A DNA stretch of 64,000 nt. It comes from Balanoglossus misakiensis (lineage: Eukaryota > Animalia > Hemichordata). The stretch is from contig JBECUI020000032.1 of NCBI GenBank assembly GCA_040954595.2, forward strand, positions 152,570-216,569, in the 5' to 3' direction. The notes below the pieces were generated by a model. That model was given only the letters and a program-made list of their open reading frames with translations, was not told the DNA's origin and made no database searches. How positions within the stretch are numbered: position 1 is the stretch's first letter; each line of letters starts with the position of its first letter. The position numbers and the translations under genes are program-made. Of the stretch, positions 21,748 through 32,518 are shown piece by piece.

Positions 21748-23064
21748 TCACAAAAAACTATTCCCAAATTCCTCATAGATGGGAAATCGGTCACAAAGCC
21801 TTTTTACTTCTACCTCGATGCCTTTAAGGATCTTTCTATCACCACCACTCTTAAGAGCATCGATCATATAACGGGCAATCACTTCCATTTCCTGGATGCC
21901 CATGCCTCTAGTGGTAACAGCGGGCGTTCCAATTCTAATGCCCGAGGTGATTTGGGGCGGAAGGGGATCAAAGGGAATGATGTTCTTGTTCACTGTCATT
22001 CCAGCAAATTCCAACCAGGTTTCCGCTTCTTTTCCCGTAATTGCCAAGGGGCTAAGGTCCAAGAGAAGCAGATGATTGTCCGTGCCTCCTGTTATCACCC
22101 GAATATTCCCTGTAATTAAAATTTTAGCTAGATTCTTCGCATTTTCCAAGACCTTTTTCTGATAAACAGCAAATTTATCTTCAGCTGCTTCTTTTAGGGC
22201 CAGGGCCTTGGCGGCAATAATGTGCATGAGGGGACCGCCTTGTATTCCAGGAAAAACGGCGCTGTCGATGAGTTCTCCAATTCTCTTCATTCTGCCGGAC
22301 TTGGGGGCAGTAATACCCATGTCGTTTTCTCTATCCTGGCCTACAAGGATCATGCCTCCGCGGGGGCCTCTAAGGGTTTTGTGGGTCGTGGTTGTAACGA
22401 TGGCTGCATGGGGGATGGGAGAAGGATGGAGCCCTGTGGCAACAAGGCCAGCAATGTGGGCCATGTCGACAATCAAAAGGGCTCCGGCTTCATCGGCAAT
22501 TTCCCGGAATTTAGCAAAGTCTATGCTGCGGGGATAAGCTGAGGCTCCAGCCAGAATGACCCGGGGCTTCATTTTCAGGGCCATTTGCCGCAGTTCGCCG
22601 TAATCTATGGTTTCAGTCTCTCTGTTGACTCCATAACTTGTCGCTTTGTAAAGTTTGCCGGAAAAATTGACATGGGAGCCGTGGGTCAAATGACCTCCAT
22701 GGGCCAGGTTCATGCCTAAAATAAGGTCCCCAGGGGTCATGACGGCAGCATAAGCCCCCATGTTGGCCTGACTCCCTGAGTGAGGCTGGACATTGGCGTA
22801 CTGGGCCTCAAAGAGCTTCTTTGCTCTTCTCTGGGCACATGCTTCCACCTCATCCATATGTTGACAGCCGCCGTAATAGCGCTTTGAAGGGTAACCTTCG
22901 GCATACTTGTTGGTAAAAACCGAACCGGCAAGTTCCATTACAGCTGGAGAAACCAGGTTCTCTGAGGCAATAAGCTCTAAACAATTTCTCTGACGATTCA
23001 ATTCCTTGGCCAGGATGGCATGAATTTCAGGATCGTATGAGGCGAGGCTCTCTATCGATGGCAT
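21748..23064 (-). CDS. glyA: Serine hydroxymethyltransferase
   Basis: [15 protein letters not shown] and [14 protein letters not shown] motifs. Confidence 0.98.
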   Translation of the reverse strand: MPSIESLASYDPEIHAILAKELNRQRNCLELIASENLVSPAVMELAGSVFTNKYAEGYPSKRYYGGCQHMDEVEACAQRRAKKLFEAQYANVQPHSGSQANMGAYAAVMTPGDLILGMNLAHGGHLTHGSHVNFSGKLYKATSYGVNRETETIDYGELRQMALKMKPRVILAGASAYPRSIDFAKFREIADEAGALLIVDMAHIAGLVATGLHPSPIPHAAIVTTTTHKTLRGPRGGMILVGQDRENDMGITAPKSGRMKRIGELIDSAVFPGIQGGPLMHIIAAKALALKEAAEDKFAVYQKKVLENAKNLAKILITGNIRVITGGTDNHLLLLDLSPLAITGKEAETWLEFAGMTVNKNIIPFDPLPPQITSGIRIGTPAVTTRGMGIQEMEVIARYMIDALKSGGDRKILKGIEVEVKRLCDRFPIYEEFGNSFL

Positions 23065-23150
23065 AATACTTCCTAGGAATACTCGACCATCCTATCTCAT
23101 AGAATGGGAAGTGGCAAGCTTCTCCTAAAGGGAAGTTAACAAAAATGCCT

Positions 23151-23178
23151 TCTTTCCTCTTTCCTCTTTCCTCTTTCC
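23151..23178. repeat. (TCTTTCC)4 heptamer repeat in the divergent glyA/lon intergenic region
   Basis: Read directly from the sequence. Confidence 0.8.
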
Positions 23179-23244
23179 ATCTTAAATTATAATTAAGAGC
23201 ACCTTGCTAAAAGGTATGTTATACATTTAATTAATGGAGGTTAA

Positions 23245-25614
23245 ATGTCTGGTCAACAAATCATTCCTGTCACAGAGACCCTACCCCAGAAAATTTTCAT
23301 AATTCCTTTGCAGGGAAAACCAATTTTCCCAGGAATTTTTACTCCTATCATGATTAGTGGGGCCGACGACATTGCTGTAGTAAAAAAGGCCATGGAGTCC
23401 GACAAGGTTATTGGCTTGGTTCTTACAACGGATCCCGGAGCCGATGTTCCACACTCCACAAAACTCTACAAAGTGGGAACCGTCGCCAAGATCGTTAAGA
23501 AGATAAACCTTCCCGATGGAAGTATCAATGTGTTTATCAGCACCCTCAAGCGGTTCCGTATTCAGAAGATACTCAACGATAAAAACCCCTACGTGGCAGC
23601 AGTTTCCTACCTGGACGATAAGTTCCCCGGAGATGAACAGGAAATTAAAGCCCTGACCAGGGCCCTGCTTGTGGAGATGAAACAGTTAAGCGAGGACAAT
23701 CCTCTTTTTTCCGAGGAAATGAGGCTTAACATGATAAACATCGACAATCCAGGAAAAATTGCCGATTTCATTACCAGCATTCTTAATATTGATAGAGAAC
23801 GCCAGCAGGAAATCCTGGAAACCATGGATGTGCGTGCCAGGATGGAGATTGTCCTGCTGTTCATCAGAAAAGAATACGAAGTAGCCAAAATTCAAAAAAA
23901 AATCTCCAGGGAACTCAACGATAAGATTGAAAAAAATCAGCGGGAATACTTTCTTAGAGAGGAGCTCAAGGCCATCAAGCAGGAGCTAGGTGAACCCTCT
24001 GATGCCCGTTCCGGTGAGTACCAAAAATTCAAGGAGGCCATAGATTCTTTTAATTTTGAAGAGGAAATAGCCGAGCAGGTGCAGCAGGAGCTGGAGAAAT
24101 TTCGGGTAATGGAACCCTCTTCTTCGGAATTCATGGTAACCAGAAACTATCTGGATCTCATCGTCAATCTTCCCTGGAACATTGTCAGCGAAAAAAAAAT
24201 GGAGATGAAATCGGCCCAGAGAATTCTTGAAAAAGATCACTATGGTCTTGAGGATGTGAAGGAACGCATCCTTGAATACCTGGCGGTGAGGAAGCTGAAA
24301 GGAGACACCAAAGGTTCTATTATTCTCCTGGTAGGTCCGCCGGGAGTGGGAAAAACTTCTATTGGGAAGTCTATTGCCAGGGCTATGAGAAGGCCCTTTT
24401 TCCGCTTTTCTGTTGGAGGAATGCGGGATGAGGCGGAGATTAAGGGACACCGGAGAACCTATGTAGGCGCCATGCCGGGGAAAATTCTTCAGGGATTGAA
24501 AATTGTGAAATCCCGGACGGCGGTTTTTATGATAGACGAGATAGACAAGCTGGGAGTCAGCTACCAGGGCGACCCTTCTTCGGCCCTCCTGGAAGTTTTG
24601 GATCCAGAGCAGAATATTGCCTTCCGGGATCATTACCTTGATCTTCCCTTCGATCTTTCTCACGTTGTTTTTATTGCAACGGCCAACACGGTGGACTCCA
24701 TTCCAAGACCACTGCTTGATCGTATGGAACTTATCCGTCTTTCCGGTTACATCACCGAGGAAAAGATGGAGATTGCTAAGCGGTATGTTATTCTTAAAAG
24801 CCTGAAAAAACACGGGCTCCAACGTAACCAGATTCGGTTCCACAAAACGGCATTAAAGGCCATTGCTGAAGGTTATGCCCGGGATGCAGGAATGCGGACC
24901 ATGGAAAAGGCTGTGGACCGCATTCACCGCAAAGCAGCATGGCAGGTGGTCAATAATGAAACCGAACTCCCCATAATCATTACCACCAAGAACCTGGAAA
25001 CCTATTTAAAACAACCTCCCTTTAAAGATGATAATTTCAAGAAGGCCACAGTCCCCGGCATTACCTTGGGTTTGGCTTGGACCAGTTTAGGAGGCGATGT
25101 CCTGGTTATTGAGGCCGAGGCTATCAGAGGCAAAAGGGGCTTGAAACTTACCGGTCAAATGGGCGATGTCATGAAGGAATCGGCAGGAATAGCTCTTACC
25201 AGAGTCTGTGCCATTGCGGAAGACTACGGTATCCTTAATGAGTATTTTGAAAAGCATACAATTCATCTTCATATTCCCGAAGGTGCCATCCCTAAAGATG
25301 GTCCTTCAGCGGGAATTACAATGGCTACAGCACTACTCTCCCTGGCCACAAACACTCTCTTTAAACCTTCTCTTGCTATGACCGGGGAACTGAGCCTTAC
25401 AGGAAGGGTTATGGGCATTGGCGGACTTAAGGAAAAAGTTATTGCCGCCCAAAGACATCAGATTAAGGAAATTATTATTCCAGAAAGCAATTTGCGGGAT
25501 TTGGGCGAAATTCCCGAACATGTAAAAAAGGGAATTGTTTTTCACCCCATGGTAAATCTTAATCAGGTTATTGAACTGGCCCTTCCTCCTTTAACAAAAC
25601 GGAACCTGCGGTAG
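23245..25614 (+). CDS. lon: ATP-dependent Lon protease
   Basis: Walker A GPPGVGKTS, GHRRTYVGAMPG, catalytic PKDGPSAG. Confidence 0.98.
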   Translation: MSGQQIIPVTETLPQKIFIIPLQGKPIFPGIFTPIMISGADDIAVVKKAMESDKVIGLVLTTDPGADVPHSTKLYKVGTVAKIVKKINLPDGSINVFISTLKRFRIQKILNDKNPYVAAVSYLDDKFPGDEQEIKALTRALLVEMKQLSEDNPLFSEEMRLNMINIDNPGKIADFITSILNIDRERQQEILETMDVRARMEIVLLFIRKEYEVAKIQKKISRELNDKIEKNQREYFLREELKAIKQELGEPSDARSGEYQKFKEAIDSFNFEEEIAEQVQQELEKFRVMEPSSSEFMVTRNYLDLIVNLPWNIVSEKKMEMKSAQRILEKDHYGLEDVKERILEYLAVRKLKGDTKGSIILLVGPPGVGKTSIGKSIARAMRRPFFRFSVGGMRDEAEIKGHRRTYVGAMPGKILQGLKIVKSRTAVFMIDEIDKLGVSYQGDPSSALLEVLDPEQNIAFRDHYLDLPFDLSHVVFIATANTVDSIPRPLLDRMELIRLSGYITEEKMEIAKRYVILKSLKKHGLQRNQIRFHKTALKAIAEGYARDAGMRTMEKAVDRIHRKAAWQVVNNETELPIIITTKNLETYLKQPPFKDDNFKKATVPGITLGLAWTSLGGDVLVIEAEAIRGKRGLKLTGQMGDVMKESAGIALTRVCAIAEDYGILNEYFEKHTIHLHIPEGAIPKDGPSAGITMATALLSLATNTLFKPSLAMTGELSLTGRVMGIGGLKEKVIAAQRHQIKEIIIPESNLRDLGEIPEHVKKGIVFHPMVNLNQVIELALPPLTKRNLR

Positions 25615-25664
25615 GGGAGAGCAAAGGACTTTAAACAGGGTACTCCTGCCAAAGTTAATTATAT

Positions 25665-26978
25665 ATGGAAATACAGGACATACATGAGCAGGTAGATCTG
25701 ATCCGAGAAGTCTTTGCCTATACCGAAAGGTACCAGGGGTCAACCTTTGTTATCAAAATTGATAATGCCCTTTTGGGACATCTGGCCTTTCCTCAACTGG
25801 TTAGGGATCTAGCCATGCTTCACCGAGTGGGAATACGCATGGTTCTGGTTCCTGGGGCAGGGCAACGTATCAAGGAGATTCTTGATCGCTTCAACGTTTC
25901 TCGGAACTATATCAATGCTACCCTCATCTGCCCTCCCGAGGCCATCGATCTTATAAAAATGGCCGCCTTTGATACGGCTCACCGGGTTATGACGGCTCTT
26001 TCAGGACAAAAAATAACGGCCGTCATAGGTAACTGGGTGCGCGCCAGAGGTCTGGGGGTTGTCGATGGGGTGGATTCGGGCCGTACTGGAGTGGTGGATC
26101 GAATTCGCATCGATGCGGTTTTTCGTTCTCTTGAACAGGGACACATTCCCCTGTTTCCCTGCATAGGTCATAACGAGATAGGAGATCCCTACAACTTGTC
26201 ATCCGATGAGCTGGCCAAGACTCTAGCACTGGCTTCAGGGGCTAAAAAACTCTTTTTTGTTGTTGACGATGTTCTACGCTTTCCTGATTGGAATATACCC
26301 CAGGGTATCAATCCCCTTGAAGATGGCCGGATTTCCCGCATGTCTCTGAGCAAGGCCAAAGAGTTCCTCAGGATTAACCAGGAAAAAGCCGAAAACACCG
26401 TTTTGAACACGGCAATTTCTGCCTGCCAGGAGGGGGTAGAACGAACCCATCTTATTGATGGGAGGATTCCCGGGGTACTGCTGCAAGAAATTTTTTCCAA
26501 TCTGGGAGTGGGTACCATGATTTTTTCCGATTCCTACGACCAGATACGCCCGATGGAACATAAGGATATTCCCCGTGTATTGGATATTATGCGCCCCATG
26601 ATAGACACGGGGCTGCTGTTAGAGCGTAGTCGCAACGACATAATAAAACAAATGGAGGACTATGTTGTTTATACGGCAGATGGGTCGGTTCATGGTTGTG
26701 CCGCCCTGCATTCCCTGGGCGATAGCGTCGGAGAAATTATCGGCTTGGTGGTCAATCCTCAATACAATCAGCTGGGCATTGGGGCCATAATTCTGGATCA
26801 TCTGGAACAGCAGGCCCGGAACAGGGGGATCAAAAAGCTTCTGGTACTTACAATAAAAACCGCCGATTGGTTCCTGGCCAAGAAGTTCAAAAAAGGAGGG
26901 CTCCAGGATCTTCCTCCCGGGAAGTCCACTCTTTACAACAGGAAAAGAAATTCCCTAATTTTGGTTAAAGAGCTTTAA
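25665..26978 (+). CDS. argA: Amino-acid N-acetyltransferase (kinase-like + GNAT domains)
   Basis: TFVIK, GVERTHLIDG..LLQEIFSNLGVGTM, YNRKRNS. Confidence 0.9.
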   Translation: MEIQDIHEQVDLIREVFAYTERYQGSTFVIKIDNALLGHLAFPQLVRDLAMLHRVGIRMVLVPGAGQRIKEILDRFNVSRNYINATLICPPEAIDLIKMAAFDTAHRVMTALSGQKITAVIGNWVRARGLGVVDGVDSGRTGVVDRIRIDAVFRSLEQGHIPLFPCIGHNEIGDPYNLSSDELAKTLALASGAKKLFFVVDDVLRFPDWNIPQGINPLEDGRISRMSLSKAKEFLRINQEKAENTVLNTAISACQEGVERTHLIDGRIPGVLLQEIFSNLGVGTMIFSDSYDQIRPMEHKDIPRVLDIMRPMIDTGLLLERSRNDIIKQMEDYVVYTADGSVHGCAALHSLGDSVGEIIGLVVNPQYNQLGIGAIILDHLEQQARNRGIKKLLVLTIKTADWFLAKKFKKGGLQDLPPGKSTLYNRKRNSLILVKEL

Positions 26979-27210
26979 GCCCAAGGTCAGAACTCTTTGA
27001 GCTTTTCTGTGTGGGGCAGCCGCCTTCCCCTCAGAGGGAGTTTACAAGGATAGACTTTGACTTTCTTTGAATCACAGCCATGCCCTTATTTTCTGTTGGG
27101 AAACTTACAAGATCTCATAGCCACCAGGGTATTTCATCTGCGGCTAGATCGTACTGCATCGGCTTAAATTATATCAAAAGAGCCCATGAAAAAACCATCT
27201 GGTATGGATT

Positions 27211-27654
27211 TTACTTTCTTAAAAAACTTCTTAACCTACTCACAATACCAGTCCTGCTCCCCTCCTCATGCCTTCTTAAGAGGAGTTTTCTGTTTTTGTA
27301 CCTAAAAACATCGGCACTCACATAACCCCCGCTACCCGCTACTTGCATTTCGACGATAATTTCTTTTGTGCCCTTGTTACCTATGTCCGTAATGCGTACA
27401 TCAGAAATACTACCGTCTCGAAAACGAACCACACCAGAGACAAAATTGTCGAATGGTGTTTGGGGGTCATACACTTCATAAATTCTAATACTGTAACTAC
27501 CGACACTTCGTGGTTCCTCTTCCCCCTCGGCAACGATGGCAATAAGATTCCTGGCTAATGAATGATGCTGATAATATTGATTGAAATCTTGAGATTCATG
27601 CCCGTAAGCAGAAAAAGTAAGCAACAAAAACCATACAATAAACCTGTTTCTCAT
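27211..27654 (-). CDS. pliI: PliI-family periplasmic inhibitor of I-type lysozyme
   Basis: Signal peptide from Met at 27654; AEGEEEPRSVGSYSIRIY, RDGSI and AGSGGY match PliI signature segments. Confidence 0.75.
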   Translation of the reverse strand: MRNRFIVWFLLLTFSAYGHESQDFNQYYQHHSLARNLIAIVAEGEEEPRSVGSYSIRIYEVYDPQTPFDNFVSGVVRFRDGSISDVRITDIGNKGTKEIIVEMQVAGSGGYVSADVFRYKNRKLLLRRHEEGSRTGIVSRLRSFLRK

Positions 27655-28068
27655 CGTGATCACTTCGATGGTTTTAAAACCGCAGAGACACGATGGCAAA
27701 GAACAAAGCTGACTCCCGATAGCATTCATTTTAAGAATCGTTCCTCCATAATTCTCAATCTGCCTCTATCGGCATCATTGACGGGTATAAGCTTTAAGGA
27801 AATGAAAATCCCAAAATCGTGCCCCTACCCATGTAAATCAAACCATAGAAGCATAGATTCTGACCTGCAAGGCCCCTATTATACCCTTTCCAGGTAAGGC
27901 TGCATATCCACTCAGTCAAGAACAGCATCAGCCCTGATAGAACCTCAGGTGGCTACTAGTTTTCAATCAGCTGTTAAGAAATAGATTTTCTTACTTGTGT
28001 CTATCAAGTAAGAGGGGCAAGGGCAACAAGGCAGACGAAGGGAAACACCGGTAAGGGGTTTCCAACTT

Positions 28069-28809
28069 CTATGATGAGGCCATTTCTGGGGCTAATGCCT
28101 CTTCGTCTATAAACAACTCAACGTGAGGATGGAGACGAAGCAGAGATACCGGCAGGCGGGTACTGATGGGAGCTTCTTTGAGTTGTTTGACTACCTGCCT
28201 TTTATATTGTCCATTAACAATGAGCAGAATTTCTTTTGACTGCATAAGTTGATCCATCCCCAGGGTAATCCCATGGCTGGGTTGTTCCGCCAGAGAGCTG
28301 AGCATGGGATGTTTTAAAGAATCTGCTGAGAGTGGAACAATATGGGCACCCCATGGTAGTGCATCAGAGGGTTCATTAAAGCCAATATGCCCATTTATCC
28401 CCAGACCCAAAATGGAAATATCTATCGGGCCATGCTGACGGACAATTGTATCCATCCGTTCACATTCTCCGCTGTCCGGCATGGTGGTAAAACCAAAGTA
28501 TCGCTGAGAAGGAATATTTAAAGGAACAATGATTTCTTCTTGTATGAAACCTTCACAACTTGCCAGGCTATCAGATTGCACACCAACCCACTCATCCAGT
28601 TTTAAGATTTTCAGGTGGTCAATGTTGATTTTTTTCTTCTTGATAGAATCAACAAGCAGCTGATAGCTGAGCTTGGGAGAATTCCCCGAAGCCAGACAAA
28701 GCAGAAGATTCCTTGTATGTTTTATCCGCTCCGTAAGATATCTGGCTACAGCCCTGCTAAGTTCCTGGTAGTCCTTAAATATCCGAAGTCCCCAGCCCTG
28801 AGGCATCAC
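28069..28809 (-). CDS. Hexosamine-6-phosphate isomerase/deaminase (NagB/AgaI/YieK family)
   Basis: LASGNSP, LDEWVG, LGLGINGHIGFNEP. Confidence 0.9.
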   Translation of the reverse strand: MMPQGWGLRIFKDYQELSRAVARYLTERIKHTRNLLLCLASGNSPKLSYQLLVDSIKKKKINIDHLKILKLDEWVGVQSDSLASCEGFIQEEIIVPLNIPSQRYFGFTTMPDSGECERMDTIVRQHGPIDISILGLGINGHIGFNEPSDALPWGAHIVPLSADSLKHPMLSSLAEQPSHGITLGMDQLMQSKEILLIVNGQYKRQVVKQLKEAPISTRLPVSLLRLHPHVELFIDEEALAPEMASS

Positions 28810-29735
28810 TGTATGGTTTTCCCTGTCGATTGTTGCATGCCCCAGCTAGCAGCCCCTAGCAAACCTGCCTGTTCTCCTAGCTGGCTATACTCCAGTTTCG
28901 GTACAAAGGGAATATGGGAGGCCATACACTCCTGTATCAGAGGAGCGAACAGGGCAAAATCCTTGGCAACCCCTCCCCCAAACACAATAATCGAAGGGTT
29001 GAGAACACAGCAGACATTAATCAGGTGCATAGCCAATTGAGTAAACATCTGCTTAACCCTGTCAAAGCTTTCTTTTAGGTCTGGAGATTGCTTACCTTGA
29101 TGAATTGAAGCCATTTGGAACAATTCTTTCATGGAAGAAGTTGGTGCATCAGCCATAATTTGGGATAGAGCCTTGCCGCTTACCTGTTCCTCAAGGGGAA
29201 ATTTTCTATTGGCATGGCTTGCTAGTTCATCGATGTTCGACAAACAAAAGGCAATTTCCCCTGCATAGTTGTGAGCACCGGTAACAAGGGTTCCATGAAT
29301 AACCGTTGTCATGCTAAGACCAGTACCTATATTCACATAGATACTGCCTTCCTTGTGGTCTTGGAGTGCTCCCAGCCAGAGCTCTCCCATAGCAGCGGCC
29401 CTGACATCATTAATAAAGAATAGGGGAACAGAAACACCATAGTGCTTCAAAAGACATTGCTGCAGATTCTCCATCGAGATACCTGAGGCTATATTAGAAG
29501 CATTATACAGCTTCTGATCTTTCCCAACAACAAAGGGCAGCGCCACAGTACACAAGACAGATTCCTGCTCATGTGTGTAATAAATCTCCGAAGCCAGCAG
29601 TTTCGTCAGCCGCTCAGCATCAAAGGCAAGGGATTCAATCCGGCAGCTTCTGCTTGTGAGGATCCTGCCGTTTTCATCAACCACGGCAGTGTCAAGATTC
29701 GTGCCTCCCAGATCTAAAGCACCATAGAGTTTCAT
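28806..29735 (-). CDS. ROK-family sugar kinase
   Basis: LDLGGT, NDVRAAAMGE, IGTG, GAHNYAGEI; no N-terminal HTH. Confidence 0.9.
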   Translation of the reverse strand: MKLYGALDLGGTNLDTAVVDENGRILTSRSCRIESLAFDAERLTKLLASEIYYTHEQESVLCTVALPFVVGKDQKLYNASNIASGISMENLQQCLLKHYGVSVPLFFINDVRAAAMGELWLGALQDHKEGSIYVNIGTGLSMTTVIHGTLVTGAHNYAGEIAFCLSNIDELASHANRKFPLEEQVSGKALSQIMADAPTSSMKELFQMASIHQGKQSPDLKESFDRVKQMFTQLAMHLINVCCVLNPSIIVFGGGVAKDFALFAPLIQECMASHIPFVPKLEYSQLGEQAGLLGAASWGMQQSTGKTIQ

Positions 29736-30574
29736 TATAGAGAAAGCTCCTCAATATAGTGTAAGTTACTTCGAGCACAGCGCAGGGATTGTCCTGGAGA
29801 CACCTGCCGCATGTCCTGTTCCACCACAGCATAACCCTTATATCCGATGGAATGCAAGAGTTCTTTCAACAGGCCAAAATCCAATGCTCCGTGCTCAAGT
29901 TCACACATGACACCTCGGTGGATGGCTTCTTCCAACGAAAGCTTTTCCTGTAAAGCTTGCTGCCTGACCTTGGCATCGATATTTTTAAGGTGAAGATATT
30001 CAATCCTATCCTGGTAGGTTTTAATAAACTCAAGGGGATCGGCACCAGTGTACATATGATGTCCAGTATCAAAGCAGAGATTATAATCGGTATCTTCCAG
30101 AAAGCGTATAATGTCTGTTTCCGTTTCAACGCATGTTCCCAGGTGGGGGTGAAACAGTACCTGGATATTCATCTTTGCCCCTCTTTCTTTTATTTTCTGA
30201 ACGAAGGCGATCATTTTCTGCCAATTTTCCAGACAATTTTTGGCGCTATAGGCTTCAGATTCATCCATAATAATAAGATAAGGCACTCCTAGGGTTCTAA
30301 GAAGCTCGGCCATGGAAAGAAAGTCCTGAAAAAAACGCTCATGCTGGGAGGGCATGGCCAAGGCCCCCACAAGCGTTCCTCCGCAAATAGTTATGTTATG
30401 TGCCGCCAATTTGGCTTCTAACCGCTTTGCATCCACCGGCATATAGCCAAAGGGGCCAAGCTCAGAGAACCGATACCCTGCTTCTTCCACCTCTTGGAGA
30501 TATTGCTTCCATTCTGGCTTATCCGTAGGATACCAAATTCCCCATGAATCAGGAGCTGTGCCTATATGTATCAT
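29735..30574 (-). CDS. Sugar phosphate isomerase/epimerase TIM barrel (IolE-like)
   Basis: APDSWG, ELGPFGY, HPHLGT, CFDTGH, HLKN, VVEQD. Confidence 0.85.
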   Translation of the reverse strand: MIHIGTAPDSWGIWYPTDKPEWKQYLQEVEEAGYRFSELGPFGYMPVDAKRLEAKLAAHNITICGGTLVGALAMPSQHERFFQDFLSMAELLRTLGVPYLIIMDESEAYSAKNCLENWQKMIAFVQKIKERGAKMNIQVLFHPHLGTCVETETDIIRFLEDTDYNLCFDTGHHMYTGADPLEFIKTYQDRIEYLHLKNIDAKVRQQALQEKLSLEEAIHRGVMCELEHGALDFGLLKELLHSIGYKGYAVVEQDMRQVSPGQSLRCARSNLHYIEELSL

Positions 30575-30581
30575 GGATTAC

Positions 30582-31664
30582 CTACCCTTCCCTACGCAAT
30601 TTCTGCAGTATCTGTTCAAAAAGAACAAAGTCTTCCATAGAATCTTCCAGATTAGTTTTGGGTTCAGTTCCTTCAACCATATGACTATGCAGTCTTTTTA
30701 GTTCGACCTCGAAAGCATCGGTATAGTAGGGTCCAAAACGCCTGGCAGAGGTTTCCGTGTCGGAACTTTCTTCAATTTCAAGGGTGGCTGGTAGGTTCCG
30801 GATGTAGGGGGTAGGATAATTCAGTTTTATTTTTTTTCTATCTGAGAAAATTTCAATTCCAGCATCAAAACGGGCAACATTGTTAATAAGGGCCTGATAC
30901 ACGGCACAGAAATGTCCGTAATCAAAAACAATACTCAGGGCCTCACCATTCTTTTTCAAAACTGCGCTCACAACAGACTGCGGCATACCAAGCAGTTCCC
31001 GCATAGCGGAAAGACTATGGGAAGAAAGCCCCGTGAGAACCTGCCAGCCTCGTTTAACAGTGGCATCGCTTCCACAAATTTCCTGCAAATAACGATTCAG
31101 GAGTTCCCCACTGCTTTGAATAAGGGATTGGTCAATATCGCGGGGATAAAAAACAGGATTGGTCTGCCTGATGTAAAACGGACCTTCACATATAATATCC
31201 TGCACATGAACATGGTCATAGGCTGCTAGGCTTGGCAGCAAGTCCTTACAAGCCAGAAATGCCGGCGCATACCGGCGCATATATCCCACCATAACAGGTT
31301 TTTCCCTTGGGTGCTGACTCAACTTTTCTAGCTGCTTCCTTGTCAAACAGACAGGTTTTTCAATAAAGACATACTTCCCCGCATCCATAGCAGCCTTCGC
31401 ATGGACATCATGATAATGATCCGGCGAGAGTATCATTACCACATCGACATCAGGAGAAGAACACAGCTCCTCATAGTCCCGGCTTATCCAAGGAACGTTG
31501 TACCGCTTCTGTATATAATGGCAAAGTGAATCAGAAACATCAAAAATATGCTCTACTGAATAAAGCCCCGATAATTTTTGTAATATAGGAAGGTGTATCA
31601 ATTGAGCAACCTCCCCCAATCCGATAAGACCTACTCTGACCACCTTATCTCCAGTGGAATCCAT
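30582..31664 (-). CDS. Gfo/Idh/MocA oxidoreductase
   Basis: GLIGLGEVA, EKP, VGYMRRY; start placed at Met 31664 behind AAGGA. Confidence 0.9.
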   Translation of the reverse strand: MDSTGDKVVRVGLIGLGEVAQLIHLPILQKLSGLYSVEHIFDVSDSLCHYIQKRYNVPWISRDYEELCSSPDVDVVMILSPDHYHDVHAKAAMDAGKYVFIEKPVCLTRKQLEKLSQHPREKPVMVGYMRRYAPAFLACKDLLPSLAAYDHVHVQDIICEGPFYIRQTNPVFYPRDIDQSLIQSSGELLNRYLQEICGSDATVKRGWQVLTGLSSHSLSAMRELLGMPQSVVSAVLKKNGEALSIVFDYGHFCAVYQALINNVARFDAGIEIFSDRKKIKLNYPTPYIRNLPATLEIEESSDTETSARRFGPYYTDAFEVELKRLHSHMVEGTEPKTNLEDSMEDFVLFEQILQKLRREG

Positions 31665-31678
31665 GATGTAATCCTTAT

Positions 31679-32518
31679 TTATTTGTCTGCATTGTACCCT
31701 GCAGCACCGAGAAGATAGTATTTTTGTAAAAAGAAAAAGATCAATAAGGGCACAATAATGGTTGTTATAGCTGCGGCAGATAATTGATCCCAATTAGCAA
31801 CAAAATGCCCGCGCAGCAGGGGAATTACCTGTACTGCCGTGTATTTTTCTGGGGTAAAAAGAAAAATTAGGGGAAAGAAAAAATCAATCCAGCTCCAAAC
31901 AAACTGAAGAGTAAATACCGCTAGTAAAGCAGGATATATAGAAGGGAGAACAATCTTGTACAAGATCTGAAAAGGTCGGCATCCGTCAATTTTTGCTGCC
32001 TCTTCTATGGCAATATCCTGATTCCTGACAAAATTCATAATAAAAAAGACAATCCAGGGTAGAGCCGTGGCGGTATGCATAATGATAACCGAGAACAGAT
32101 TGTTAAGGAGTTTCAAAGAAACCATTATTTGGAAGACGGGGACTATAAGCATTTGAAAAGGAAGGGCCATTAAAGACACGATGATTGTCAGGAGTATCTT
32201 TTTGCAAGGGATGTTATGACGAGCAAAAGAATAACCCGCAATGGAGCCCAGTACCATGGGAATGCCAGAACCCAAAGTAGCAATAATAAAGGAATTAAGC
32301 AAAGGCCGCCACATGGAAATTGAAGAACTAAGCAGCACGGTCCGGTAGTTTTTGAGACTGAAGGTGATCTTCTCAAGATTCCACCATCCGTCAAGAATTT
32401 CCTCAGAGGGGCGCAGCGAAGCAACAAGCAGACCAATCACCGGCAGCACCCACCCAACGGCAATAAGCAGGGCCAAGATAAAGCGGAGGGACAAAACGCC
32501 TGATTTGCTGTGTTTCAT
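31679..32518 (-). CDS. Carbohydrate ABC transporter permease
   Basis: EEAAKIDG EAA loop; multiple TM segments. Confidence 0.92.
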   Translation of the reverse strand: MKHSKSGVLSLRFILALLIAVGWVLPVIGLLVASLRPSEEILDGWWNLEKITFSLKNYRTVLLSSSISMWRPLLNSFIIATLGSGIPMVLGSIAGYSFARHNIPCKKILLTIIVSLMALPFQMLIVPVFQIMVSLKLLNNLFSVIIMHTATALPWIVFFIMNFVRNQDIAIEEAAKIDGCRPFQILYKIVLPSIYPALLAVFTLQFVWSWIDFFFPLIFLFTPEKYTAVQVIPLLRGHFVANWDQLSAAAITTIIVPLLIFFFLQKYYLLGAAGYNADK

